This document shows positions 9,837 to 18,516 of a DNA stretch of 64,000 nt, piece by piece. The translations under genes were made by a program, and so were the position numbers. The notes beneath the pieces were generated by a model, which was given only the letters and a program-made list of their open reading frames with translations, was not told the origin of the DNA and made no database searches. This stretch comes from an uncultured SAR86 cluster bacterium (GTDB lineage Bacteria; Pseudomonadota; Gammaproteobacteria; Magnimaribacterales; AG-339-G14): positions 64,787 to 128,786 of the forward strand of contig CABZYK010000003.1 in assembly GCA_902529935.1 (NCBI GenBank), read 5' to 3'. Every line of letters begins with the position of its first letter. The first letter of the stretch is position 1.

Positions 9837-10886
9837 TTATTCTAAGAATGATAAAGCATCTAAGTGCAAAGCTTGCCAAGCTGACCTTTCTGCCATGACA
9901 GCAAACATTTCATCGCCTCGCTCTGTTCTCTCAACTATCATGGCAGATAAAACAGCCATCAAAAAGCCTACAAACGAAGCACGCCGATAATCATCCCATG
10001 CTTGTTCAAAACTATAATTATCACTAACCCTAAGTAAATCGTAATAACCCTTGACTAAATCCTCCTCATTTACAGCTCTTTCTTTAGGATCTCGAAAACT
10101 TGTTGATATGCAATAAGCTACATCGTTTAAAGGCAAGCCAACTGCTGCAGTTTGCCAATCTAGAAGGATTGCTCTGTTATTTTTATCTGTGAAGAGCAGA
10201 TTATCTAGCCTCAAATCACCTTGAACCAATGTCATTGGTCCTTCTCTAACATCAGCATACTTTTCGTAATTGTTTAATAAAGTATCTCCCATCTCAAAAA
10301 TATCTTTTGAGATTCTTCCTTGGTACCTATTCTTCCATTCAGGATAGACGGCTGGTAAAAGCTCTGCAGCGAATTTTTTTCTTTCTTCGCTGATGCCGTA
10401 GGTAAGCCAGGGATAAGTTAAAAGAGTTTCATTGTTCCAATAACTTTTGTGAAGTGCTGCAGCTTCTTTTAAGACCATCGCAACTTCATCGGCGGAGCAA
10501 CCTTCCATTTGAGGAATTTGTTTGGCAGGGTACATATCCTCGAGCAGTAAGATGCCATCGCTTGTTTTTGAATCGTAATCTGCAAAGAAAGGTTCCGGTA
10601 CTCGTGCTGAGCATCTTGCAGATAAGTGCTTGTAGAAAGATACTTCTATTTCATATAAATGAAGATTTCTTGCGGTATCTCTGCTTGAAGAATCCTCTGC
10701 GGGACATTTGGCAATTAAAGAAGCAGGAGAATCTTTTTCATTAATCCAGTTTAGATTGATTCGATAACAATCTCCTACCTGGCCTGAACCAACTGGCTCA
10801 AAGTCAAAACTATCTAAATCTAATTCTTCTCGATTAAACAAATTCGAAATAAATTTTTTTGTTAGTTGTTTTGGATGATCCAACAT
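9837..10886 (-). CDS. Phosphotransferase-family protein (APH / CHK kinase-like fold)
   Basis: The catalytic-loop-like LVQGDLRLDNLLF followed by ILLDWQ is the APH/ecdysteroid-kinase signature. It lies 3 nt upstream of selO on the same strand. Confidence 0.6.
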   Translation of the reverse strand: MLDHPKQLTKKFISNLFNREELDLDSFDFEPVGSGQVGDCYRINLNWINEKDSPASLIAKCPAEDSSSRDTARNLHLYEIEVSFYKHLSARCSARVPEPFFADYDSKTSDGILLLEDMYPAKQIPQMEGCSADEVAMVLKEAAALHKSYWNNETLLTYPWLTYGISEERKKFAAELLPAVYPEWKNRYQGRISKDIFEMGDTLLNNYEKYADVREGPMTLVQGDLRLDNLLFTDKNNRAILLDWQTAAVGLPLNDVAYCISTSFRDPKERAVNEEDLVKGYYDLLRVSDNYSFEQAWDDYRRASFVGFLMAVLSAMIVERTERGDEMFAVMAERSAWQALHLDALSFLE

Positions 10887-10887
10887 T

Positions 10888-11703
10888 TTAAATATCTTGA
10901 ATTATTGATTTGATCGGCTCATAAGAATACTCATCAATGTTGCAACTAAAATAAAGTGATAAATTTTCAAAAATAAAACTTTCGTTCAGTCTTTTTTTTG
11001 TTTCATCCCGTTCCTTTTTATTTAACCAAAAGTTACTCCAAATGAAATCAAATCTTTCATTGCCTAAAAATATCAATCTATTGCCATCAGTAATTTCAAC
11101 GTTGTAGCGATGAGAATTAGAAAAAATTGCAGGAGTTGCATCGTCTACGGTTGAGAGAATCTTTAAAGCTAAATTGAGATCGTTATCGTCTTTAAAATTG
11201 CAAGATACGAACATTGAATAATGTGGTGGAAGACCCAACCATTCTACATCTGGCTCTTTGGTAGAAACTATTTCAGTCACTTCTTCAATCTCTTCATTGC
11301 AAGATAAAACTTCGTTAAATCTGAAGCTCCACCTTTCCTTATAAAGCTCTTGCCACATCAACTCAAATTGATCTCTTGTTTCGTAGTCACTCCAAGTCTC
11401 GCTCCAAATAAGAGTTTCCATTTTATTCTTTTGAAACAAAGATGACCTAATCGATGGATTTTCTAACTCCTCCATCACCTCATTCCATCCTCTCAATAAA
11501 ACTTCGAGATTTTTTTTAGAAAAAGCCTCTCCTTTAGTGCAAGTTTTATAGACATTTATGCCGCTTGTTTGAGGAAATACTTCTTCCATCGAATCGATAT
11601 CTATAATTACTCTATCCTCATTTTCAATAACTTCACTCTGACAGCTAAGCAGAAAAAGAATTATCAAAATTGATGAACAAACTAGCCAGTCGTTGTTTTT
11701 CAT
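10888..11703 (-). CDS. Hypothetical lipoprotein
   Basis: Signal/lipobox LVCSSILIILFLLSC. No recognised domain. A 1-nt gap separates it from the kinase-like gene. Confidence 0.6.
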   Translation of the reverse strand: MKNNDWLVCSSILIILFLLSCQSEVIENEDRVIIDIDSMEEVFPQTSGINVYKTCTKGEAFSKKNLEVLLRGWNEVMEELENPSIRSSLFQKNKMETLIWSETWSDYETRDQFELMWQELYKERWSFRFNEVLSCNEEIEEVTEIVSTKEPDVEWLGLPPHYSMFVSCNFKDDNDLNLALKILSTVDDATPAIFSNSHRYNVEITDGNRLIFLGNERFDFIWSNFWLNKKERDETKKRLNESFIFENLSLYFSCNIDEYSYEPIKSIIQDI

Positions 11704-11783
11704 ATATCTTTCATTTTAGCATTCCATAACAATTGATTTTTCACTATAGTTAAAGGCCGTAAAAAATTTTTTAGGAGAGATAT

Positions 11784-12479
11784 ATGAAATTTTTACAACT
11801 TACGGCAATGCTGGTGTTATCCAGTTTTATATTTGCCCAAAGTGCACCTGAAGGTGCTTTCTCAACGCTTCATGTTCAAGCTGAAGATCCTCAGGAATAC
11901 ATAGATTATCTAAAGGAAAATACTGAAGCTTTTGAAGCGATTGGCTCTGATCTTGCTGGAGTTTGTGTAACAAGAACTGGAAATACTTATTCCGGTGAAA
12001 TGTTCGTTTGGAATGGATTTAGTTCTATGGCAGCTGCCATGAAGGGAGCTGATTTATATGATCCTGCCTCTGCTCCAAGAGCTTTACAAAAACTCAGAGA
12101 AGTTAAGTACTCAACGTTTTGGAAACCTTTGAAAGATTTCCCCATACGTCCTTCTTCATTTGAAAGACTAAACAGGATAAAAATTGCTAGAGAAAACTTG
12201 GAAGAGTATATGGCTACCGCTATAGAGTTTGAAAAAGCTGTCAAAGCAGAAGGTAATGACTTTAACTTGGGTATTTTTCAACCTTTTGGCGGCGGATATT
12301 CTGAAATGGATTATCATGTAAGAGGTTCTCATGCTGACTCCGAAGATGCTGGAGATATTATTGACAGAGCTTACTCTGGAGCAGCCTCAACCGCACTTTA
12401 CTTAAAACTACTTTCGCTTGCAGACGAAGTGGTATCTGACACTTATGAGTCTTGTCAGGTTATATATACTGCTAATTAG
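11784..12479 (+). CDS. Secreted protein, tandem paralog 1 (unknown family)
   Basis: Signal peptide present. It shares GAFST.HV.AE.P.EY...LKEN, GEMFVWN.FSSM, WKPLK.F.IRP.SFER.NR and C.(V/I)(I/L)Y(T/S)A(N/E)-end with the next two genes. Confidence 0.75.
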   Translation: MKFLQLTAMLVLSSFIFAQSAPEGAFSTLHVQAEDPQEYIDYLKENTEAFEAIGSDLAGVCVTRTGNTYSGEMFVWNGFSSMAAAMKGADLYDPASAPRALQKLREVKYSTFWKPLKDFPIRPSSFERLNRIKIARENLEEYMATAIEFEKAVKAEGNDFNLGIFQPFGGGYSEMDYHVRGSHADSEDAGDIIDRAYSGAASTALYLKLLSLADEVVSDTYESCQVIYTAN

Positions 12480-12496
12480 TGTACATGGAGGTAAAT

Positions 12497-13204
12497 ATGA
12501 AACACTTATATCTTTTAACTACTCTGGTTATTGCCAGCATATCTTTTGGACAAGTTGCTCCAGGAGATGGAGCTTTTTCAACTTTTCACGTGAAAGCTGA
12601 AAATCCTACAGAATATGCAAACTTTCTTAAAGAAAATTCACAAATCTTGGGGAATCAAAATCCTGTAGCTGCAGGAACATGCATTACAAAAGCCGGAAGC
12701 AGATACACAGGAGAAATGTTCGTATGGCAAGCATTTAGCAGCATGGAAGAAGCAATGGAAAATTCGAATGCTTATGATCCTTATTCTGCTCCTTTTGCCT
12801 TAAAACAAATGAGGACGCCTTTATATTCCTCTTTTTGGAAGCCATTAAAGTCTTTTAACATCAGACCAAAAAGCTTCGAAAGAGTTAACAGAGTTATCAT
12901 TCAACCTGAGAATTTAGTTGAGTATATTCAGCTAGCGACAACATTTGAGAAAGAACTTCAAAAGTCAAATCCAGGTTTTGTCATGGGGATTTTTCAACCT
13001 CTAGGCGGTGGATCTGAGGAAGCGGTAGCAAATCAATATATGGTTAGAGGATTAACTGATACTGCTGGTGAGCATGGTAAGTTTGCAGATGAATTTTTTG
13101 CAGGCAATGCTTCTTGGGCTGGTATGTATCAAAAACTTATTAGTCTAGGAACGATCATTGATGATAGTTATGATGAATGTGAAATTCTTTATAGCGCCGA
13201 ATAA
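12497..13204 (+). CDS. Secreted protein, tandem paralog 2
   Basis: The ATG at 12497 is preceded by GGAGGT. Signal peptide MKHLYLLTTLVIASISFG. It aligns by eye along its full length with paralog 1. Confidence 0.75.
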   Translation: MKHLYLLTTLVIASISFGQVAPGDGAFSTFHVKAENPTEYANFLKENSQILGNQNPVAAGTCITKAGSRYTGEMFVWQAFSSMEEAMENSNAYDPYSAPFALKQMRTPLYSSFWKPLKSFNIRPKSFERVNRVIIQPENLVEYIQLATTFEKELQKSNPGFVMGIFQPLGGGSEEAVANQYMVRGLTDTAGEHGKFADEFFAGNASWAGMYQKLISLGTIIDDSYDECEILYSAE

Positions 13205-13220
13205 TTTACAAGGAGATATT

Positions 13221-13952
13221 ATGAAAATATTTAATTTACTATTAGTAATGATCATTGCAAATTTATCTTTTGCAGATGATCATGGCAATCCAAGTTCTGC
13301 GGCAGGAGCAGGCTTGCCAGAGGGTGGATTTTCAACATTTCATGTTGTTGCAGAAAATCCTTACGAATATATAGAGGTTCTGAAAGCAACTCCAGAGGCT
13401 TTAGCTGCTGGTGGAGGCGATGTAGTTGGTTATTGCATGACGATGACAGGCCATGACTATCCAGGTGAAATGTTCATTTGGAATGCATACTCTAGTTTGA
13501 AAGATGCGCTATCTTCAACCGCAGGACTATCGTATAACCCTTACGATGCACCAAAACAACTTCAAAATATGAGGAAAATTTTGTATACAAGTGCATGGAA
13601 ACCTTTAACACCATTTGAGCTCAAACCTGGATTTGAAAGAGTTACCAGAGTTAAAGTCAAACCTGAGAACACACAAAAATTTCTTCAAGCTACAGAAATG
13701 GTTCAAGCTGCAATTAATGCTTCGGGATCTGAATTCGAAATGGGTGTCTTTCTTCCTTTAGGTGGAGGATCTAAGGAAACTACTATGATGTTGAGAGGTA
13801 TTGCGCCTACCGGAGAATCTTTTGGTTCTCTTTATGAAGAGGGTTATGGTGGAGCACCTTGGGGACAAGCATTTTTAGGAATGATGGCTTTAGTAGATGA
13901 AATTGTCAGAGATTCGCATGAACAATGCGAAATTCTTTACACAGCTGAGTAA
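13221..13952 (+). CDS. Secreted protein, tandem paralog 3
   Basis: The ATG at 13221 is preceded by AGGAGA. It has the same conserved blocks (GGFSTFHVVAENPYEYIEVLK, GEMFIWNAYSS, FERVTRVKVKPEN, CEILYTAE). Confidence 0.75.
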   Translation: MKIFNLLLVMIIANLSFADDHGNPSSAAGAGLPEGGFSTFHVVAENPYEYIEVLKATPEALAAGGGDVVGYCMTMTGHDYPGEMFIWNAYSSLKDALSSTAGLSYNPYDAPKQLQNMRKILYTSAWKPLTPFELKPGFERVTRVKVKPENTQKFLQATEMVQAAINASGSEFEMGVFLPLGGGSKETTMMLRGIAPTGESFGSLYEEGYGGAPWGQAFLGMMALVDEIVRDSHEQCEILYTAE

Positions 13953-13956
13953 AAAT

Positions 13957-14658
13957 ATGAAAAAGTTTTTATTACTAATGATTAGCATCGCTGCAGTCAA
14001 TCTTTTTGCAGATGGTCATGATTCTCCTCCGATGACAGCGCATTACGGATTCTCAACTTCGAATCCTGCTGCGGTGGTGGAATCTTTACAAACTTTTATG
14101 GCCTCTGATTGCGCCAAAGAAATGCCAGCTCGAGTTACATTGTTCGAGCCTCATTTTAATGGTGACAACGGAGCTACGCATATTCTCACTTTTAATTATC
14201 AAAATGGGAAAGGCATGGATGCTGTGCGCCAAACGTTTCAAACTTGTGCAGCAGCTCAAAAATTTCTTGCAGATGGAGTTGGAGTTACAATCCAAGAATA
14301 TCAGGCTTTGTCTACTCCTATCTATGCTGGAGGAACTGCTCCTGAAGCAAATGTTTACATGCTTTGGCAAATGAAGGTGACCGATGAAGCTAAGTATGCT
14401 GCAGCTTATAAGAAGATGATGGAAGCACAAGCAGAAGACGGCTTAGCTTCTGGAAGTTACGGCGTAAATAGAATCATGGCAGGAGGAGTCGATGGAATGA
14501 CTCACTTTGCTTATATTTTTGGATCGTCAATGGCTGAAATGACAGAAGCTTTGAGCGTCAGTCAAGCAAGTGATAACTTTAAGAGATTTGCTAGAGAAGT
14601 AGAATCGATTAGAGAAATTATTACAGTCGATGCTGGGTATACTTTAATTCAATATTAA
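13957..14658 (+). CDS. Secreted protein, divergent fourth member of the array (relationship uncertain)
   Basis: The ATG at 13957 opens a signal peptide (MKKFLLLMISIAAVNLFA). It is similar in size and position, but only weakly similar (YGFSTSNP...) to paralogs 1-3. Confidence 0.65.
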   Translation: MKKFLLLMISIAAVNLFADGHDSPPMTAHYGFSTSNPAAVVESLQTFMASDCAKEMPARVTLFEPHFNGDNGATHILTFNYQNGKGMDAVRQTFQTCAAAQKFLADGVGVTIQEYQALSTPIYAGGTAPEANVYMLWQMKVTDEAKYAAAYKKMMEAQAEDGLASGSYGVNRIMAGGVDGMTHFAYIFGSSMAEMTEALSVSQASDNFKRFAREVESIREIITVDAGYTLIQY

Positions 14659-14664
14659 AGTTGG

Positions 14665-14698
14665 AAAAAAAAGGAAGGCATTAGCCTTCCTTTTTTTT
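14665..14698. terminator. Bidirectional rho-independent terminator between convergent genes
   Basis: AAAAAAAAGGAAGGC-ATTA-GCCTTCCTTTTTTTT: a 9-bp GC-containing stem flanked by an A-run and a T-run. Confidence 0.85.
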
Positions 14699-14710
14699 AT
14701 GCACAGATAG

Positions 14711-15451
14711 CTAACGAACTATCCTTCCAGTAAATAAAGTCGACCCATTACAATCGTAGGTATCTCTTACATTGTTACTTTCCGCCGAGCCTCTAACATT
14801 ATCGTACCAACCGTCTACAGCTTCACCCCAATTTGTAAATGAAGGATTCGTGAACAGTCTTACAAAATCAAACGGAAATTCAGCTGCATTTGCCCCTGAA
14901 GCAGGCCTGATAAGAACAGAGCTAGATTTAGAACCTTTTGAATGAGCTAATTTAAGTTCTGCATTAGATGCTAGGTATGCGTCACTGAGGTTTTTTCCAT
15001 CTCTTAAATTACAAGTGTAATAAGAAGCACTGAAATTTTGACCTTCGAAATCATCACGATCGGTAACCGCTTCCATCCACCATTGATAAGTCAAAATCTG
15101 AGTATCGCAAAACATTGGCCAAGCGTCTCTAGATTTTTCTCCGGCATCTGAAAGCCACCAATCCATTGCTTTACCTGCTTGAGCATTGTCTTGCCAAGTG
15201 TTTACCCATAAAACATCGTATTCAGAAATATTAGTTTTAAAAAACGGCATCAACATTGCTGAACCCATCTCAATTCCTGCTTTATCTAACTCCTCATTAA
15301 AAAGCTCTATATATTCTTCAAGAGATTCCATACCTTTTCCAGGTAAGAATTTACATTGGCTATATCCTGCCGTTAGCGGATCTGGCACTTCCTGTGCAAA
15401 AAGACTAATTGGTAATCCAATTAATGTCGCAAATAGTATTATTTTTTTCAT
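14711..15451 (-). CDS. Secreted hypothetical protein
   Basis: Signal peptide MKKIILFATLIGLPISLFA. Long clean ORF, no recognised domain. Confidence 0.65.
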   Translation of the reverse strand: MKKIILFATLIGLPISLFAQEVPDPLTAGYSQCKFLPGKGMESLEEYIELFNEELDKAGIEMGSAMLMPFFKTNISEYDVLWVNTWQDNAQAGKAMDWWLSDAGEKSRDAWPMFCDTQILTYQWWMEAVTDRDDFEGQNFSASYYTCNLRDGKNLSDAYLASNAELKLAHSKGSKSSSVLIRPASGANAAEFPFDFVRLFTNPSFTNWGEAVDGWYDNVRGSAESNNVRDTYDCNGSTLFTGRIVR

Positions 15452-15546
15452 GTTGTATCTCCTATAACAAAGATAAGATTAGCATGAGAAAATAAACTTT
15501 TTGTTCAAGAATTGAGTATTCAGATTAAACTTTTCAAAACGCAAAT

Positions 15547-15975
15547 ATGTTAAAAACAAAAATTATTTTGGGATATCTAGGGTTTCTTCCTTTCGCCGCA
15601 TTCACTATCCTGCCTTGGATCTTAGGAGAAAATTGGCTGAGGCCATCGCTGATCAGTTTGGTAATTTACGGAGCAATCATTCTTTCTTTTTTGGCTGGGA
15701 TTATTTGGCAGTCATCCAAGAAACAGTCTGATCTAATAATAGCCATAGTTTTTTCTTTGTTAGGATTTACAGGCATATTTTTGTTCACGGTAAACATCAT
15801 GATCCCATTGGTAGTTTTAACGATTTGTTTTCCGCTTTGCTATTTACAAGAAAAAAGAACGAGTGAAAGTTTTACTGACGAAGATTACGCTAGCTTGAGA
15901 TTGAACTTAACCACAGGAGTTACAGCATGTTTTGTTTTGAGTATTTTTTCTACGATAGGCTTATTTACTCAATAA
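15547..15975 (+). CDS. Integral membrane protein (DUF3429-like)
   Basis: Four predicted TM helices. The N-terminus KIILGYLGFLPFAAF resembles DUF3429 from memory. Confidence 0.5.
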   Translation: MLKTKIILGYLGFLPFAAFTILPWILGENWLRPSLISLVIYGAIILSFLAGIIWQSSKKQSDLIIAIVFSLLGFTGIFLFTVNIMIPLVVLTICFPLCYLQEKRTSESFTDEDYASLRLNLTTGVTACFVLSIFSTIGLFTQ

Positions 15976-16162
15976 AATATTGAGCAATCGTTGATGCTCC
16001 AATTGCTACCGCAGCAATAACCACAAAAGATAACATTCCGAGAGCTATACGAACATTATCGTCTGTTACGTTTGTTAAATGACGATCTCGGAGACGATGG
16101 GATAATCTTACTCCGTAAAACATGACAATAAAAAAGATCAGACCACTTATAAAGAGCTTCAC
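15965..16162 (-). CDS. Small membrane protein (65 aa)
   Basis: Two hydrophobic helices. Its GTG start overlaps the stop of an upstream 34-aa ORF (GTGA). Confidence 0.45.
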   Translation of the reverse strand: MKLFISGLIFFIVMFYGVRLSHRLRDRHLTNVTDDNVRIALGMLSFVVIAAVAIGASTIAQYFIE

Positions 16163-16263
16163 AAAAATCTATCGACCATGAGCCAAACAAAGACAGTAAT
16201 TAAAATAGGCGCAACAATAAATTTGTAATACTGCACTACAAAATTGTCATCAGGTTTCTTCAT
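16159..16263 (-). CDS. Possible 34-aa small membrane protein, translationally coupled to the 65-aa ORF
   Basis: The ATG at 16263 gives MKKPDDNFVVQYYKFIVAPILITVFVWLMVDRFL, with a 4-nt GTGA overlap with the next gene. Not in the ORF track because it is under 60 aa. Confidence 0.3.
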   Translation of the reverse strand: MKKPDDNFVVQYYKFIVAPILITVFVWLMVDRFL

Positions 16264-16270
16264 AAAAAAA

Positions 16271-16831
16271 TTATAAAGGTTGGATTAATTCAGGTGAATT
16301 ATTTTTTGGACTATTAACTTTTGTGCTTACGGGATAGTACTCAACCAAATCATCGAGTTCACTATCTAATTGGTCTTCATTGTTTAGCCAATGCTCACCT
16401 TCGTTTTGCGTCAGTAAAACCGGTTGCCGATGGTGAATTTGCTTCATATCTTTATTAGCTTCTTTGGTTACGATAAGACAGCCTTGACTATTAGCTAGCC
16501 CTGCAAAATAAAATAAATCGTGATTAATGTGATGATAATAGGGCTGCTTTTGAGTGCCATTGTCTTGCCATTCGTACCAACCGGTAGCGGGAATTAGACA
16601 ACGCATGGCACCTTTGAAAGAAGGCTTTTGATGCATGGTTTCAGAACGACAATTGATGAGATGGAAGGGCTTTTTTGCCCACAAAGGACTGTAAGACCAA
16701 GTCTTCAAGGAGGGCTCGGGATTGAGAATGATTATTTCATTTGATGGCGCTATATTAAAAGATACTTCTCTTTTATCTCTCGGAATACTTTCAAAGTTAT
16801 GAGTTTTGGTTAACGTGAAGCGGCCGCACAT
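16271..16831 (-). CDS. SOS-response-associated peptidase (SRAP / YedK family), abasic-site processing protein
   Basis: It starts MCGRF (catalytic Cys2) and has later WYEW and HHRQP(V/M) blocks typical of SRAP proteins. Confidence 0.8.
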   Translation of the reverse strand: MCGRFTLTKTHNFESIPRDKREVSFNIAPSNEIIILNPEPSLKTWSYSPLWAKKPFHLINCRSETMHQKPSFKGAMRCLIPATGWYEWQDNGTQKQPYYHHINHDLFYFAGLANSQGCLIVTKEANKDMKQIHHRQPVLLTQNEGEHWLNNEDQLDSELDDLVEYYPVSTKVNSPKNNSPELIQPL

Positions 16832-16833
16832 GA

Positions 16834-17844
16834 TTACTGTTTTCTTCCGAGCTGATCAAAATTATTAAAAAATGCCCAAATAATTTCTGCAGAATTTATG
16901 TCGTACTGACCAGTCCCCCCATTGCCATCGACTTCGTAATTTTCAGGCCAGTCGTGGCCAACTCCTTCTAATAGATACAACTGAACTTCAACATCGTTAG
17001 CACATTCAGAATAAATTCTATGCGTTCCGCTTACGCCATTTCCAGAAATGTCTGATATCGTTGCGATAGAAGGTTCAAGATTACAAACGTTGTTATTTGA
17101 CCAAAACCCCATAACATCCTCGATGCCCTTGAAGCCTACTCCGGAAGCGGTAACCGTACCGTCATAAGGAACAATTGTGTCCACAGTTCCATGGATTTGC
17201 ATTATGGAAGTTGGTTGAGCGTTGCAGTTTTCGTAACTAAAAACACTCATTGATCCGGTAACAGAGGCAATGGCTGCAATTTTAGAATTGATATTACAGG
17301 CGAGGTGATAGCTCATAAAACCGCCATTTGACATTCCGGCGGAGTAAAATTGATTTAAATTAATATTGTAATTCTGACCGACCCAATCCAAAACGGATTC
17401 TAAAAATTCAATACTGTTGACTGAGTTCCCTGGACCGATTTCATCAATATTCCAATGTGTGCCTCCCTTTGTTTCATGAACCAAACCTTGGGGATAAATA
17501 ACCACAAAATCATTGATATCGGCTTGTTTCATAAATCCTGTATAACTCATATTGGTCAGGGCAGTGCTGGTATAACCGTGCAAACTAAACATTGCAGGAT
17601 AGGACGTTCCAACCTCAGAATAGTTCTCAGGAAGGTATATGTAAAATTGCCTATCGGATGCAATGCATCTTCTGAGAGTACCTTCATATGGAGACGGATA
17701 AATAGTAATGGTTGCGCTGTAAGTTGAGCACTTTGGATTAAACCCAGTTTCTAAGGGGATAGAACTGCTGTTATCTGAATTAGACGATTCACCGCATCCT
17801 AAGACTAACGAAAGAAATATAAAGAGAAGAAGCGATTTATTCAT
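16834..17844 (-). CDS. Secreted esterase, PHB-depolymerase / LpqC-like alpha/beta hydrolase
   Basis: Lipoprotein signal (LSLVLGC), FSLHGYTS, nucleophile elbow GMSNGG and a late HG..D pattern. Confidence 0.6.
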   Translation of the reverse strand: MNKSLLLFIFLSLVLGCGESSNSDNSSSIPLETGFNPKCSTYSATITIYPSPYEGTLRRCIASDRQFYIYLPENYSEVGTSYPAMFSLHGYTSTALTNMSYTGFMKQADINDFVVIYPQGLVHETKGGTHWNIDEIGPGNSVNSIEFLESVLDWVGQNYNINLNQFYSAGMSNGGFMSYHLACNINSKIAAIASVTGSMSVFSYENCNAQPTSIMQIHGTVDTIVPYDGTVTASGVGFKGIEDVMGFWSNNNVCNLEPSIATISDISGNGVSGTHRIYSECANDVEVQLYLLEGVGHDWPENYEVDGNGGTGQYDINSAEIIWAFFNNFDQLGRKQ

Positions 17845-18127
17845 AACCCTCTACAATGGCATAAGCTCTCTCAGCTCCGCCATCTAGCACTGCAAGCGCT
17901 TGCTGATAGTCATCGCTTTCGTAGGCTTGCAAAGCAATTTCAAAGGAAGGGAATTCGACAACAACATTGCGCATGAATTCTGCGCCTTCTTTCGTGGCTT
18001 GCTCACCACCTCTGACTAAAAATTTGCCGTTAAATTTTGCTATGACTTCTTCAGCTAATTTTCCGTAGGCTCCTTGCTTATCGCCATCAATTACGTTTGC
18101 TTTTGCAACCCAATATCCTTTTTTCAT
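17837..18127 (-). CDS. DUF1330 domain protein
   Basis: GKFLVRGGE...VVVEFPSFEIALQAYESDDYQ matches the DUF1330 pattern, from memory. Confidence 0.65.
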   Translation of the reverse strand: MKKGYWVAKANVIDGDKQGAYGKLAEEVIAKFNGKFLVRGGEQATKEGAEFMRNVVVEFPSFEIALQAYESDDYQQALAVLDGGAERAYAIVEGYE

Positions 18128-18130
18128 CTG

Positions 18131-18505
18131 TCACTCCTTAAGGTCCAAAACCTTTTTAATGTTTGGTTTGAAATAGCTTTCCGGCTTCATAATTTTACCG
18201 TGTTCATTTTTGATGGCTTTTCCGTCGGGAAACTTACTCATGTTGGATGCTTTAACTTCTTGCCAAACTGAATCAAAATCAATCCCACAACTGTTACACA
18301 TCCCCATAATGACCCAGACCATATCGGCAAGACCATCGGCAACTTCAATCATGTCATTGGTTTTGAAAGCCGATAAAGTTTCTTGATATTCTTCTGAGAT
18401 AAGATTCATGTATAAAGTTGCTTGATCTCCCTCTAAAGATAATTCTGAGCGTATGGGTTGTTCGCCAGCTTTCATAAAATTTGCAACATCGTTTTGATAA
18501 GACAT
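18131..18505 (-). CDS. MazG-like nucleotide pyrophosphohydrolase-fold protein
   Basis: LISEEYQETL and EVADGLADMVWVIMG resemble the EExxE/ExxD helices of the all-alpha NTP-PPase family. Confidence 0.5.
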   Translation of the reverse strand: MSYQNDVANFMKAGEQPIRSELSLEGDQATLYMNLISEEYQETLSAFKTNDMIEVADGLADMVWVIMGMCNSCGIDFDSVWQEVKASNMSKFPDGKAIKNEHGKIMKPESYFKPNIKKVLDLKE

Positions 18506-18516
18506 TTAAAACTCCA

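Noticed and set aside
12479-13220. Long N-terminal extensions and gene overlaps suggested by the ORF track for the tandem paralogs (starts at 12479, 13158, 13897) and for several other genes (1032, 6737, 21134, 22591, 40459, 57159).
   Set aside because: The extensions start at TTG or GTG, or at ATG codons lying inside the preceding gene, and they precede an internal ATG that in most cases has a clear SD and then a signal peptide. The downstream starts were used instead.
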